A stretch of 64,000 bases of DNA from Lama glama (lineage: Eukaryota): NCBI GenBank assembly GCA_028534125.1, contig CM052817.1:81036001-81100000 (forward strand). Direction: 5' to 3'. The translations under genes were made by a program, and so were the position numbers. This document shows, piece by piece, positions 47,860 to 61,520 of this stretch. The notes beneath the pieces were generated by a model. That model did no database searches and was not told the origin of the DNA. It was given only the letters and a program-made list of their open reading frames with translations. Numbering within the stretch: position 1 is the first letter of the stretch; the number at the start of each line of letters is the position of its first letter.

Positions 47860-50745
47860 CTTTTTTTGGTGAAATAGTTGAGATATAGTATTATGTTTTT
47901 AAAATATACAGTTTTAGGTGCTACATAGCAATTTGACATTTGCAAGCATTATGAATTGTTCACAACAAGTCTAGTAACTATCTGTCCCATACAAAGTTAT
48001 TGGAATATTATTAACTATATTCCTTATGCCGTATATTACATCCCTGCGTCTTATTTATTTTATAACTGGAGGATTATACTACTAATCCCATCCACCTGTT
48101 TCATCCCCTAACTCTCCTCCCCTGTGGCATCCACCTATTTATTCTCTGTATATGTGAGTCTATTTTTGTTTGGTTTTGTTTTGTTTTTTGGATTTCATGT
48201 ACAAGTGAGATCATATAGTATTTGTCTTTCTCCATCTGACTTATTTCACTTGGCATAATACCATATCAATCCATCCAAGTTGTCACAAATGGCAAGATTT
48301 CATTTTTAATGGCTGAGTAATGTTCCATTGTAAACAAGCATGTCTGAAACTATTGGTTTGGTTCCAGTAAAAGCAAATATCTCAATAAAACAGGTCACAC
48401 AGATTTTTTTGGTTTCCCAGTGTATATAAAAATTTATATTTCCACTATACTGTAACATATTAAGTGTGCAATAGCATCATGTCTAAAAAGATACATACCC
48501 TAATTAAAAATATTTTATTGCTAAAATATACTGACCATCATCTGAGCCTTCCATGAGTCATAATTTTGCAATAGTAGCATCAGAGTTCACTGGTCACAGA
48601 TCACCATAACAGACATAATAACAATAATGAAAAAGTTTCTCACATTGTAAGAATTACCAAAACGTGACACAGAGACACAAAGTAATCAAATGTTGTTGGA
48701 AAAATGGTGGCTATAGACTTGCTTGACATAGGCTTGACACAAACCTTCAATTTGTAAACAAACAAACAAAAAAAACCGAAACAAAAAACTCAACATTATC
48801 TGCGAAGTGAAGTTAAAAGGAAGAGCAATAGAACAAGGTGTGCATGCGTATATTCCACCTCTTCTTTCTCCATTCATCTATTGATGGACATTGAGGATGT
48901 CCTCAGGATGGATACTTTCTTATCTTAGCTATTGTAAATAATGCTGCATTAAATATTGATGTGCATATATCTCTTCCAATTAGTGTTTTTTTTCTGATAA
49001 ATACCCATAAGTGAAATTGATGGAGCTTATGGCAATTCTATTTTTAGTTTTTTGAGGAACCTCCACTGTTTTCCATAGTGGCTGCACCAATTCATAATCC
49101 ATCAACAGTGTACAAGAGTTTCCTTTACTCCTTGCAAATATTTGTTATTTGTTGTCTTTTTGATGATAGCCATTCTGACAAGTGTGAGGTGGTATGTCAT
49201 TGTGGTTCTGATACACATTTCCCTGATCATTAGTGATATGAAATATCTTTTCATGTATCTGTTGACCATCTGTATGTCTCCTTTGGAATAATGTGTATTG
49301 GGTTCTCTGCACATTTTTAATTGGATTGTTTGGGTTTTTAATATTGAGTTGTGTGAGTTCTTTACATATTTTGGATATTAACTGCTTAAGGGATAAGTCA
49401 TTTGCAAATATCTTCTATTTAGTAGGCTGCTTTTTTGTATTGCTGGTAGTTTCCTTTGCTCTGCAAAAGCTTCTTAGTTTGATGCGGTCTCATATGTTTA
49501 TTTTTGCTTTTGTTTCCTTTGCCTGAAGAAACAGTTCCAAAAAATATTGCTAACACCAATGCCAAAGAGTATACTTCTTATGTTTTCTTTTAGGAGTTTT
49601 ATTGTTTCAGGTCTTATATTTAAGTCTTCAATCCATTTGAGCTTATTTTTGTATATGGTGTGAGAAAGTAGTCTAGTTTGATTCTTTTGCACATAGCTGT
49701 TGAGTTTTCCCAACACCATTTATTGTAGAGGCTGTCTTTTCCGCACTGTATATTCTTGCCTCCTTTCTTATAGATTGATTGATCATATAAGTGTGGGTTT
49801 ATCCTGAGCTCTCTACTCTGTTCCATTGATCTATGTATCTGTTTTTGTGCTAGAACCATATGTTTTGATTACTGTAGCTTGGGGGTATAGTTTGAAATCA
49901 GGGACTGTGCTACCTCCAGCTTTGTTCTTTTTTCTCAAGATTGCTTTGGGATCTTTTGTGTTTCCATACAGATATTAAAATTATTTGTTCTAGCTATTTG
50001 AAAAATGCCATTGTTATTTTGATTGGGATTGTATTGACTATGTAGATTTCCTTGGATTGTATGATGATTTTAAAAGTATTAATTCTTTCAGTTTATGAGC
50101 ATGATATCTTTCCATTGTTTGCGTCATCTTCAAATTTCATCAGTGTCTTAACAGTTACATTCCTTCTATATGTACTTTGTTGAGAGTTTTAATCATAAAT
50201 AGATACTGAATTTTGCAAAAGCTGTTTCTATATCTATTGAGGTGAGATATATGATTTTTATTCTTCAATTTATTAATATAGTGCATCGCATAGATTAACT
50301 TTCAGATATTGAACATCCCTTGGATAAATTGCATCCCTTGGTTAAACCCCCTTGATTATGTTTATGATCCTTTTAATGGATTATTGAATTTGGTTAGCTA
50401 ATATTTCATTGAGGATTTTTGCATCTTCTTTTAAGTGATATTGGCCTGTAATTTTCCTTCTTTGTGGTATCTTTGTCTAGTTTTGGTATCAGGGTGATAC
50501 AGGCCTCATAAGGTGAGTTTGGCAGTATTCCTTCCTCTTCATTAAAAAAAAATAATTTGGAAAGGGTAGATGTTAACTCTTCTTTTAAAGAACTGTTGTT
50601 TTGTAGAATTCATGTGTGAAGGCTGTCTGGTCCTGGACTTTCGTTTGTTGAGAGTTTTTTAAATTACTGATTAAGCTTTATTTTATTGCTGATAATTGGT
50701 TTATTCTTTATATTTTTTGTTTCTTCCTGATTCAGTCTTGGGGTT
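47860..50745 (-). mobile_element. LINE-1 (3'UTR + about 2 kb of ORF2, internal deletion near 50150), interrupted by Tigger1
   Basis: Minus ORFs 49102-49314, 49498-49719 ([20 protein letters not shown]) and 49620-49859 ([30 protein letters not shown]) are ORF2p; 3'UTR at 47860-48330. Confidence 0.93.
48335..48846 (-). mobile_element. Internally deleted Tigger1 (Tigger1a_Art-like) DNA transposon
   Basis: Both Tigger1 ends are present (caagcatgtc…ggtttcccagtgtatataaaa…taagtgtgcaatagcat; …gacacagagacac…gttggaaaaatgg…caaaccttcaatttgtaa…tatctgcgaag…aaggtgtgcatg), joined without transposase, inserted in the TA-rich site of the L1. Confidence 0.85.
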
Positions 50746-50911
50746 ATGATTTCATTTATTGACATATATAACATACCTTAAGGGAAGCAGCTGCATAATT
50801 GTTTACTTTCTACAAGTCTAGAGAAAAGTATATGTATTCTGGTGAAAAAGAATTTTAACAGAAAGTTTTGCTTGAAGTGCAAGTGAAATTAAAATGTGAT
50901 TGTTTTTTCAT

Positions 50912-51375
50912 ATGTAGTGAGTTTTCATATTTAGTGGTTCCCCAAAAGATTTGTCCATGTATTAATCCCTGGAATGTTCCAGGAAAAAATGTCATTGCAT
51001 ATGTGATTAATTTAAGGATCTTGAGCTGAGAAGATTATCCTGGTGGGCCCTAAACTAATGGCAAGTGTCCTTATAAGAGAAAAGTAGAGGGAGATTTGTG
51101 ACAGATAGAAAATAAAATGACACAAACAAAGGGAAGCTCTGTGAAGGCAAAGGCAGAGCAGTGAGTGATGTGGACACAGTTGTGGTACCAACTGCTACCA
51201 GAAGATGGAAAAGGTGAAGAACAGATTCTCCCCTAGAACCTCCAAATGGAGTGCAGCCCTGATGACACCTTGATTTTGGACTTCTGGCCTCCAGGACTGT
51301 AAAATAATAAGTTTTTTTGTTTTTTAGCTATCAATTTGTGGTAACTGATTACAGCAGTCACATAAAACTAATGTA
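50912..51375 (+). mobile_element. MaLR solo LTR (MLT1B/C/D-like)
   Basis: ccccaaaagatttgtccatgtattaatccctggaa…aaggatcttgag…gattatcctgg…agattctcccctagaacctcca…gacaccttgattttggacttctggcctccag…tttgtggtaactgattacagcag…aactaat. Confidence 0.9.
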
Positions 51376-51504
51376 TCATATGAGCTCAATAATATAAGCA
51401 TGTATTCATCAAACCCACTAAGTACAAAGTCCATGAGGGAAAGAACCACTGGGATTTTGTTGATTGCTGTATCTTGCACAGCTAGCTTTGTGAGGCAGTG
51501 TATC

Positions 51505-51910
51505 TGTGAGGCAGAGTATCTATGCACGTGGCTGATTTAAAAAAAAAAAGACTATATATTTCAATCTCCCTTGCTGCTGGATGTGCCCAAGGTACTATTT
51601 TTTGTCATAGAGGTAAAAACACATGTGAAGTGGTAACTACAGGACTGTGCCCTTGATAGGAGGGAGCATCATAATGGATGATCAGGAGCCGCCAACTCGT
51701 GTAAGAAGTGTATTTCTTTTGGTACAAGATGAAGTGAGATTGAGAACTGAGGTAATGCCTGGAAGAACAAGAGCATCAAAGTGAGGTGGGACTCCTGAAT
51801 GCCTGTGTAGGCTTTTCTATAAAAGACAGTTTGAAAAGTACCACTGCTTTTTTTTCATATTGGGGCAGGGAGGAATTCTGTCACAACCAAACTTAGTTCT
51901 AACTAGTATA
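51505..51910 (+). mobile_element. Older MaLR LTR (MLT1H/I/J-like)
   Basis: gactatatatttcaatctcccttgctgctggatgtgccca…tctgtcacaaccaaacttagttctaactagtataca. Confidence 0.55.
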
Positions 51911-53346
51911 CAAGATAACTGGCTCATAATATTTGTTGAATGAATTGAATGGGTTTATATAATTATTCAACATAAATATTTTATATCAGGTGACAATTTC
52001 TTGGCAAAAATGAGGAAACTTATTTACTTGAAATATTCATTGAATGAAATATTTTTGTACTCTGTCTCCCATTTACCTGCACATAAAAAGATAAGAAATT
52101 ATCTATTTGTAAGAATTAAATGGAAGTATATACATTGTATTTATATTTTTCTACCTCCTAAATGTAAGCCTTGAAATATTTTATTGATTGCTTTTAAAGT
52201 ATTCATTATAAATGCTTAAGAGCCAGGTACCAATCCTAATTCTTCATCTGTCATATTACTAGGTTGTACATTTTCACTGAAAAGAACTGTAATGATATCA
52301 ATGCTTATCATTTCAACTCTAGAATTAAACTTTTCCTACATTAATTATCCATAAACCCATCTTGTCCTAGCATATTTGAAAAAGGAAGTACATTTGAAAG
52401 AAATTGCGTTAGATGATGTCTTATTGATGCATCTAAGTTAACTGTGACCTCCATAAAAATACTAGTTCTCTGGAATTTAATTTTTGTTTCCATACTCACA
52501 TCTATACGCTGCTCAGTGAATGTCTGCTACATTGATTTGTATCTCTTGATGAACCCCTATAGAGATGTTTCTCAGCAGTATTGGGTAATTGTGCACATTC
52601 TGGAATTTAAGCAAATTCTGTATCCTGCAGTTAGCTCATCTTGTTGCCTTTATGGAATGGTGAGCTAATGTGTTCCTGACATATGATGTTTTACTCTAGA
52701 TCTTCAAAGACCCATGAAAAATCTTCCTTTCTAATTATCTATTAAGACAATTTTGTTCCTATGGATGCCAGGAGTAAGAGAGCTAATTGACACAGACTAA
52801 TGAAGTTTTTGTAGGAAGGGCCAGGACATAAATCATCAAGCAACTTTCCCCCCCTTTCTTGCCTTCATTTCTCCCTATGTAAGACTCATAATCATCTTCT
52901 CAAAAATTCAGATCAGTTTTCTCTCAGAAGAATTTCGCAATCTGTGCAAGTAGAAGTAACCAGCTATCTTTTGTTTCACTACTGAACTTAGTAGTAGCAC
53001 CATTTTTGTAAATTTTACTTTTGTGCGGGAAGTTGAAAAAAGAACATTCATGGGATTTCTGATATATGGTAGTCTCTAGAATCTACTAATATTCCTGAAC
53101 CCCCCCCCCAATCCGTTTAACAGAGTCCTTAGTTCCTGATGAGGCAAATATAGCCACAGTATAGTTTCTAAATGCTGAAGGAATGAGGGAAATGGGAGCA
53201 GAGGTGCTTGAAGAGTGAAGATGAGGTGTGATGCAAAAAACCAAGGCTGCCCTTGCAGGTAGAATGGGTTGGCATTGTATTTCGTGAACATGTTGGGATG
53301 GCCAATTTCTGAGCAAGATTGGGGGTTAACTTTATACAAATACTAA

Positions 53347-53347
<1 letters not shown>

Positions 53348-53399
<52 letters not shown>
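53348..53399. repeat. (CA)n microsatellite
   Basis: About 25 uninterrupted AC units. Confidence 0.95.
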
Positions 53400-53401
<2 letters not shown>

Positions 53402-54984
53402 ATGGCTCGAAATAATTGAATCTTCATAGAAAAATTGCCCTGGATGGATTCACTCATTGAAGATAGGGTTCACAAAAGAAGGAATCTCAACTTCTCCATC
53501 CAGGGCTTTTTAAAGAGGATAAAAATCATAATGCAGATTGAACACTTGCAGAACTTTAGAACCCTTTTTATCAGACTAGAGAACATTACAGTGAGGCATG
53601 CACTTCTTTTGCTCTCTATATTGGTTGAAGTTACTAGGTAGATATTAAGAATGGCGTTACTTAAAGTGTGGCCTTGAATCTGTGATTTATTCATTTTTAG
53701 ATCTTTTTTTCACTTTTCCTGTATGCAATCAGTGTACTTGCCACTTTTTGAAATATATTAAGACAGTGTCCTTGTCTGATTTCAGCAATCTGTCTCACAC
53801 AATTAGCTGTAATTTTTATTTCCCATTATAAAGCCATGGATTACTTTTCCACTTCAGTCTTTAACTGAACTGGACATTAAAAACTGACTCTTGTTGAGCC
53901 ACACAAAGCAGTGTTGAGAGTTATTTTGCAGCAAAGCACTGGTGATGTTGACTTTATTTATTACTCAGCCACCTTAATGTAAAATTCAGCGTGGTCAGTG
54001 TCATAAAAATCAGGGCAAGAGCTGCAGACAGGCTGGTTGATTCACTCCTGACCACAAGAAATGGACATGCATTTTCAATTCCAACTAAGCATTTAACATC
54101 TGTGTGTTATGGCCTTTCCAAAAATCTGACAGAAATGTCATCAATGAAACTGAGAAGAAAATATTTCTGACAGACTTTTTCTTTGGCTTTCTTAGTATTC
54201 CATTTGCCAAATTTATGAAGAAAAAAAATCTTGCTCTCCTGTACTTTCCAGATATTTACTTAAAAAAATGAGAAAATCTGGGATCAGTGGCAGAAGATGG
54301 GATTGCAAAATGAGCTGCTGTAATAATCAGAACTAAGGAATAACATATTCTTGGCTACTACTATCGCCTAGGGTACTGACTTGGCTCTGAAATAATAAGA
54401 GAAGTGGAGTGAAGCATCTTTAACAATATCTAAAATTCCCTGAACTACTTGACAACTTAAAATGTCAAATATATATCTTTCAGGGCAAAAGTATAAGTAG
54501 TAAATATATATGTATTTTTAATTCAGGATACAGCATTGAAAAATTATTTTTCATCTTAATGAGATGGACCTGGTCCTTCTTAAAAAGGAAACTCTGGTTT
54601 CCTGTTATATACTATGTCTAGGCTCTTAGGGTAAAAGTTATTTATTACCTTAACCACATAACCACATACCTGCATTACCCTATAGTCCCTGCCGTCAGGC
54701 AGCTGCCACACAGCTATTAAGTTTCAGAGCTAGAATGTGAAACCAAGTCTTATTTAACTCCAGAGTCCTTCTGCATGATGAGTGCACTATTCTGATCCAT
54801 AGGAAAAAGTGAAATGCATGTGCTGAGGTGTAACGTGAGCAGGGGATGATGCGTGTTGATCAATAAATAGCCTGTCAACTAGTCTTCTACGTATCCTCTG
54901 ACACTCTTCCCACTCACCCACGCTCCTTTCAGTCCTTTCATTACACTGGAGCAAAGAGTAGGTGCATCAGATTATTTCACCTTT

Positions 54985-56630
54985 CTGTTTATTCATATTG
55001 TTTATTATGAAAAATACAACCATATCAAAAAAAAGGAACAATTATATAATTGTTCACAGGTATACAGCTTCCATATCTACCAACTCATGGTCAGTCTTCC
55101 CCCCAATATTATTCTGAAATGAATCACAAACAACATATTATTTATCTATAAACATTTCAAGTTGTATCTCTAAAATAAAGAACTTAAAAATAACTATAAT
55201 AATATTAATATTAGACCAAATAAATGAACATTATTTCCTTAATCTTGTCAGTGTTCAAATTCCCCTGATTGTCTCATAGTTTATTTTCAAAAGTTGATTT
55301 GTTTGAGACAGGATTCAAGTAAGTTTCATATCTTCCTATTTTACTATTGGTTTATATGTCTTAAGACTCTTTTAATCTGAGGTTCCTTCTCAATCTCGCA
55401 TATTCTTAATCCTCAACCCCCATTTATTGTTGAAGAAACTGGATGAGACTCGTTCCAAAGCCTGATTTTATTGCTTTCCCAAGTATTTCTTTGTTCCCAC
55501 TACTTCCTGTAAATTTGTAGTAAGTGCTAAAAGGCTTGATCAGGTACAGATTTGACAAAACTATTTTAGAGTTGCACTCATGTATTACAATCAGGAGTTA
55601 TATAATGTTTGATAGTCTCTCCTGTAGTGATGTTAACAGTCGTTTATAATCGCTGTTTGGACCATTAACTCATTAACACTTGCAGACAGTGATACTCTAA
55701 TTCTCTCTGGTTTTTCTTCATTTATCAAGTGGTGTGTATGTGTGTATGGTGTCTTTATTACATAATATGCATATTACCATCAGGAATTACATAATGTTTG
55801 ATTGTCTTTCCTATATTGTGTACATATAATGTATACACACACGTATATATAGTCTGTCTTTTACTGTAATATATTGGAGATCACTCATAGTATATAAAGA
55901 TATTCCTTGTGATGTGATTCCTTAGTTTTATGTATCAACTTGACTGTGCTAAGGAACACCCAGATAACTGGTAAAACATTATTTCTGGGTGTATTTGTGC
56001 GGGTTTTTCCAGGAGAAATTAGCATTTGAATCCATAGACTGAGTAACGAAGATCAGTCTCACCCCAATGCAGTAGGCATGATCCAAACCCTTGAGGGCCC
56101 AAATAGAACAAAAAGAAAGAGAAAAGGTGAGTTTTCTCTCTTTATTCAAGCCAAGATATCTATAATCTCTTGCCGTCAGACATCAGTGGCTCCATTTGGT
56201 TCTCAGGCCTTTGGACTTGAACCTAATTACACCATCAGCTTTCCTGGTTCTCTAGCTTGCTGATGACAGCAGGTCATGGCATTTCTTGGCCCCCATAATA
56301 TCATGAGCCAATTACTACAGTCAATCTCCTCTTGTGTGTATCTATATATATTCTATTGGCTCTGTTCTCTGGAGGACCCAAAATAACACATTCTTCATTT
56401 ATTTTTCTAGCTGCATAGTATTCCATTATACGGAAATACCACAGTTCACTCAATCATTCCTTATCAATGAACATGTTGGTTATTTCCAGTCTTTAGCTAT
56501 TTCAAATACTACAAAAGTCAATAGCCTTGTGCCGTCAGTTCATTATATCCTGGCCAGTGTGTCTTTGGGGGTGATATTCTTAGAGGTGAGATTTCTAAGT
56601 CAAGGAATAAATGCACATGTTTGATAATCT
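54985..56630 (-). mobile_element. L1MC/ME-like 3' end, split by MLT2 insertion
   Basis: tttattatgaaaaatacaac…aatattattctgaaatgaatcac…gtgttcaaattcccctgattgtctcat; resumes ttctagctgcatagtattccattatacggaaataccacagtt…gaacatgttggttatttccagtc. Confidence 0.75.
55908..56390 (+). mobile_element. MLT2 (ERVL) solo LTR, MLT2B/C-like
   Basis: tgtgat…ttttatgtatcaacttgactgtgctaagga…aaacattatttctgggtg…ctattggctctgttctctggaggaccc…aca; 5-bp TSD ttcct (55903-55907) / ttctt (56391-56395). Confidence 0.9.
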
Positions 56631-56719
56631 GAGAATAACTCCCTCTCACACACTGACACTCTTATCTTCAGTGGGTGTCTAATACCCCTTGGGGGTGGGA
56701 AATAAACCTTTAACATGAG

Positions 56720-57190
56720 TAAAAGATCCTGTGGTATCTTCTTTTAACTTGTTTTTCAGTTTCAGTGCCATTATGATCCCTCTCATTCTCTGCTCCAACC
56801 ACACTGGACTTCTTCAGTTCCTCAAACTAATATATTATCTCTCTATAGAGTTCAGATTATAAAGCTCTCCCTGTCCTCCCCTTGTGCCTGGTTAACTGCT
56901 ACTCATCAAACAGAGCTCAGCTTAAAGATCACTACTTCAAGGCAGCACCCTTTACCTAGAATCTTGGCTAAGTTCCCTTTTTATTCACTCTTATGAAACC
57001 ACATTTCTTTCTTTCATATAACTCAAGTCAATTTTTAATTATATATAACCAATTTTGTGATTACCTACCTCCCAGTTTAAGCTTCATGAAGAACAGTAAC
57101 TTTGCCTGATTTTCTTAGTGTTATATCCCCAGAAACTTTTCAGTCTAGAGTATATGGCACTTACTTAGTAAATATTTCTAAAATGAATAG
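56720..57190 (+). mobile_element. LINE-2 3' end
   Basis: ctctgctccaaccacactggacttcttcagttcctcaaac…gctcagcttaaagatcact…tggcacttacttagtaaatatttctaaaatgaat. Confidence 0.8.
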
Positions 57191-57299
57191 TTATAGCATA
57201 TGCTTGCATTTTAACACTGGTGATCTCATGTCATCAAAAGTGCTTTTGTACTACCATGATGCTAAAGTGTCAAAGTTCATAGGCTCAGTTCCTTACACT

Positions 57300-57760
57300 A
57301 ATAATTCCACAAACATTTATTCTTTTAATTAATGTTTATTGAATAACTACCATAAATAATGGATACTGGAATTGCAGTGATTAGAACAATTTCTATTGTC
57401 AGGAAATTTACAATCTGTAGTGTGTAGTACAAAGAATAATGCAAACATTTGAAATGATTTGGAAATAAATGCTAGGTAAGTGCAGAGTACTCTGAGAGTA
57501 CAAAGGAAATACATTCTACCCTGGGTGTGGTGGGCGGGGAGAGGGTAGGTGAGTACTGCTGAGTAAGTTCTAAACAATATGAAGGAACTAGCCAGGTAAA
57601 GAAGGTGAGGAAAAGTGTTGTAAACATGGGGTAGTAGAAAAGGCACGCTGTACTTTTGGAACAAAAGAGTAAGTGGTGTACCATTTATTATTTGAGATAA
57701 GAAATTTGAACTGAAAATTAAACAGGAGCTTTGTTCATCACACAGGAAGTTTAAAGTGAT
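57300..57760 (-). mobile_element. LINE-2 3' end (antisense)
   Basis: tttattgaataactacc…aggaaatttacaatctgtag…taagtgcagagtactctgagagtacaaagga…aggaactagccaggtaaagaagg. Confidence 0.65.
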
Positions 57761-58558
57761 GGCTAATGAGCTTGGTATGAGAACTTGCACTCAACTATTC
57801 TAGAATATATGTATGTCTAAGGTCAAAAATATTAAATTATGACAGGAACAGACAACAAAATCTCAGCTGTCCCTGTGTCTTGTTCTTGCATTACTTTTAC
57901 CATCCTCGTCTGATATAGCAGGGGGAAGAGATAAATAAACAAAGGATGGATTTAATAGTGGTGTAGTTTCAGGTCTAGACAGACTCCTTTCAAGAGACAG
58001 TAATAGGTCTCAACTTGAGAACAAGAATTGTGTCAAGTAGCATTATATGTCTTTCACTATAGTATATATAGTATGCACTACATATTTGTAGTGCATACAA
58101 AATTTAAAAATCATCTTCAACCTGTTAGAAGGCTCCATGGCCCATTTTTATTACCCTTACTTAAATTCTGATGGCAATAGAAGTGGTAAGATAGGGCAGA
58201 AATTTCTAATAGTGACCATATATCCTGTTGATAAGATGCTGAGAAAACAACAAATATAGTTTAGGTAGGAATACAAAAGAAAGTGAGAAATTTGGAAATA
58301 ACTAGTAAAATTGCATATACCTTTACCATTTGATGCAGAAATCCTACCTCTAAGAATCCAGCAGCCATGAAGAGTCCCCATTAATCCTAGAACAACCAGA
58401 TCAATCATTAGCCTGAAAAGGAAGATTTCTAACACTTTGAAGGATACAGCAAGAACACATATGATTTTAAATAAAGGAGTATAATGATCTTATTTGCTTT
58501 CTAGGAAAAATTCTTTGATAGCAGTATGGAAAAGAAATTGGAGAGGGTCAGTTTAGAT

Positions 58559-58781
58559 CAGGGTCAACAAATATTTTTTCTGGAAAGGGCAAGTTAGTAA
58601 ATATTTTTGACTTTGTATGACATATAGTCTCTATCCTAATTACTCAGCTGTGTTGTTGCAGCATGAACGCTGACATATACCATAAGTAAATGGTGGGTGT
58701 AGATGTGTTCTAATAAAACTTTATTTACACAAATAAGCAGTAGTCTAGATTTTGCCCATAAGCTGTAGTTTGCCACCCCTG
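58559..58781 (+). mobile_element. MER58A hAT-Charlie MITE
   Basis: cagggtcaacaaa…ctaataaaactttatttacac…gtagtttgccacccctg with TIRs and an 8-bp TSD, gtttagat (58551-58558) / gtttagag (58782-58789). Confidence 0.9.
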
Positions 58782-59204
58782 GTTTAGAGGAAGGGACAGC
58801 AGTTAGGACATTCCTGAAATTCCTAGGTGAGAGAGTCTGGTGGCATAAACAATAGTAGTAGCCATGGTAATGAAGAGAAATGGCACACATAAGTGGCTGA
58901 ATTAAATGAGTTGGTAATTTATTGATGTGGACTATAAGGGAGAGAAGGGAACCATGGATAACAGCCAGGTTTTTTATTTGGAAAATTTAGAAGATCATTG
59001 ATGCCACTAGTCAGTGCAAGGAATGCGTTAGGAATAGTTTGTTTTGACACAAAATATGATGAAGTCCATTTTGGACAAGTCAAATTTGAAATGTCTGTGG
59101 GACAGAAAAGTGGAGCTGTTTCTAGTGGGAAAATAGGCACATAGGTGTCTGCTCTGGAATAGATCTGAGCTGGAGAAAAAGATTGCAAATCATTTTTCTT
59201 TGAA

Positions 59205-59801
59205 ATAATGAAACAAAATGAAAAGACAATTTACAGAATGTGAGAAAATATTTGCAAACAATGCAACTGGCAGGGGCTTAATTTCCAGAATATACAAACA
59301 GCTCCAACAACTCAATAACAAACAAAATAAACAACCCAATCAAGAAATAGGCAGAAGACTTAAACAAACATTTCTCTGATGAAGACATACAAATGGCTAA
59401 TAGACATGTGAAAAAATGCTCAATATTGCTAACTACTAGAGAAATGCAAATCAAAACTACAATGAGGTTTCACCTCTCATCAGTCAGAATGACCATTAAT
59501 AAAAAGTCCACAAACAATAAATGCTGGGGAGAGTGAGGAGAAAAGGGAGCCTCTTACATTGTTGGTGGGAATGTAGTTTGGTGCAGTCATTATGGAAAAC
59601 AGTATGAAGATTCCTCACAAAAGTAAAAATACACTCATTCTATGATCCAGCAATCCCACTCCTGGGCATATATTTGGAAGAAACTCTAATTTGAAAAGAT
59701 ACATGCATCCCAGTGTTCACAACAGCACTATTTGCAATAGCCAAGACATAGAAGCAAACTAAATGTCCATTGATAGATGATTGGATAAAGAAGATGTGGT
59801 G

Positions 59802-59865
<64 letters not shown>

Positions 59866-60320
59866 GGACTACTACTCAGCCATAAAAAATAATAAAATAA
59901 TGCCATTTGCAGCAACATGGATGGACCTTAATATTGTCATACTTAGTGAAGTAAGCCAGAAAGAGAAAGAAAAATACCATATGATATCACTCATATGGAA
60001 TCTAAAAAAAAAAGACAAATGAATTTATTTACAAGACAGAAACAGAATCACAGACATAGAAACCAAAACTGTGGTGACCAGAGGGGAAGGCAAGTGGAGG
60101 GATAAATTGGGAGTTTGGGATTTGCAGATTAACTACTACATATAAAATAGATAAACAGCAAGGTCCTACCGTATAGCATAGGGAACTATATTCAATACCT
60201 TGTAATAGCCAATAATGAAAAAGAATATAAAAAGGAATATATATGTATAACTGAATCACTATGCTGTACACTGGAAATAAACACAGCATTGTAAACCGAC
60301 TATACTTCAATAAAAGAAAG
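59205..60320 (+). mobile_element. LINE-1, 5'-truncated (ORF2 C-terminus + 3'UTR), cetartiodactyl-type
   Basis: aaaagacaatttacagaatgtgagaaaatatttgcaaac…tatgatccagcaatcccactcctgggcatat…3'UTR atgtataactgaatcactatgctgtacactggaaataaacacagcattgtaaaccgactatacttcAATAAAagaaag. Confidence 0.95.
59801..59862. repeat. (TA)n(CA)n microsatellite inside L1
   Basis: Expansion of the L1 'tgtggtatatatacaatgg' motif. Confidence 0.95.
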
Positions 60321-61299
60321 AAATTAAATGGGGTTACATATGACCAGCAGGGAAAAAAAGCTTGGGTTAAGAGCATCTGTTTGTGCTTCCATAGTACCTG
60401 GTACTTCACTCAATTTAGTACTCAATTATAATTGTCTTGGCTCCATGTAATTGTATTTTCTGTATTTACTATTAGATTGAAATCAACATAAGGAAGAAAC
60501 TTTCTGTGTCTTATTTACTATAATTCAATCTACAATACTAATCTCACAGTGTTTTTGAATGAATAAATAGGAAGGGAAGTGGCAGGAAATTTAGAGTATT
60601 CTGCTCCATAAAAACAAAAAAGTAAGAGTTAACTGATTGCATCAGATGTTGTAGCTGAGAAAAGGAAGGTCAATTCTTCCCTTGATGTTAGCAATAAGGA
60701 GGTTATTAGTGACCACAGTGAGAACAGTTTTAGCTGGCAATATAGGGAATATGATTATTGTGTAAATAGGAGTGAATGGATGAAGTGAAAACTGAAGTAT
60801 GTATTTTAATAGAGAAAACTCTTAATAAAAGATAGAAAAGAAGGCAGTAATTAAAAGTAGGCACACGGCTTTTTGTTGTTGTTATGGTTTATTTAATTGG
60901 TTTACTTTTTTTCTCTTGCTCCATTTTTAAAAACAGGAGAGACATGAAAAGAGTCAATAGAGTGAAAGCAAGGGCAAGCCTTCAAGGATCCAGAGCTTAG
61001 CAGATGACTTGGCTTGAATGACAAGGCAAAGGGATGTGTTGCCTAATGAGATGATCAGGAAGGAGGCACGGATAGACTTAGATGAGGATCATTTTATGGG
61101 TGAGGAATATAATTTTTCAAATTAGGAGTCTGTTTCTTCTTATTTCTAAAGAAAAGGCAAAATTCATTTCCAAAAGGGAGGCTAAATTTTAGGAAATAAG
61201 CACTGGAAAGTACCAAAGCACACTACTGAGTTTAATTTTGAATGATGCCCAAGACTTTGTGGTAGTGATATGTTTAATATTTGAGGAATAGATAATAAA

Positions 61300-61520
61300 G
61301 GCTTAGAAGTACATAGACTTAGGAGTTATTTTCGTTTTGCATTTGAATTTCATTCCTTCAGTTAGTAACTCTATGATCATGCATGGGTTATAAACTTTCT
61401 GAGTCTCAGTATCTTTTGCTGTAGTCTATCTCCCTCATTGGTTTATATGAAGGAATTAAATGAAATTACATAAATAAAGCACTTTAGACAGCACTTGACA
61501 TGTAGGAGGTGCTGTGAAGT
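61300..61520 (+). mobile_element. MIR SINE
   Basis: tttgaatttcattccttc…tttctgagtctcagtatc…gaattaaatgaaattacataaataaagcactttagacagcacttgacatgtaggaggtgct. Confidence 0.8.

Larger units (their letters stand above)
58420..61150 (-). mobile_element. Fragmented LINE-2 hosting MER58A and an L1
   Basis: gatcttatttgctttctaggaaaaattctttgatagcagtatgga…; gaagtccattttggacaagtcaaatttgaaatgtctgtgggac…; gcaataaggaggttattagtgaccacagtgagaacagtttt. Confidence 0.65.

Noticed and set aside
30775..54135. Exact 16-mer aaaaatctgacagaaa at 30775-30790 and 54120-54135
   Set aside because: A-rich 16-mer; a few such matches are expected by chance in 64 kb of AT-rich DNA.
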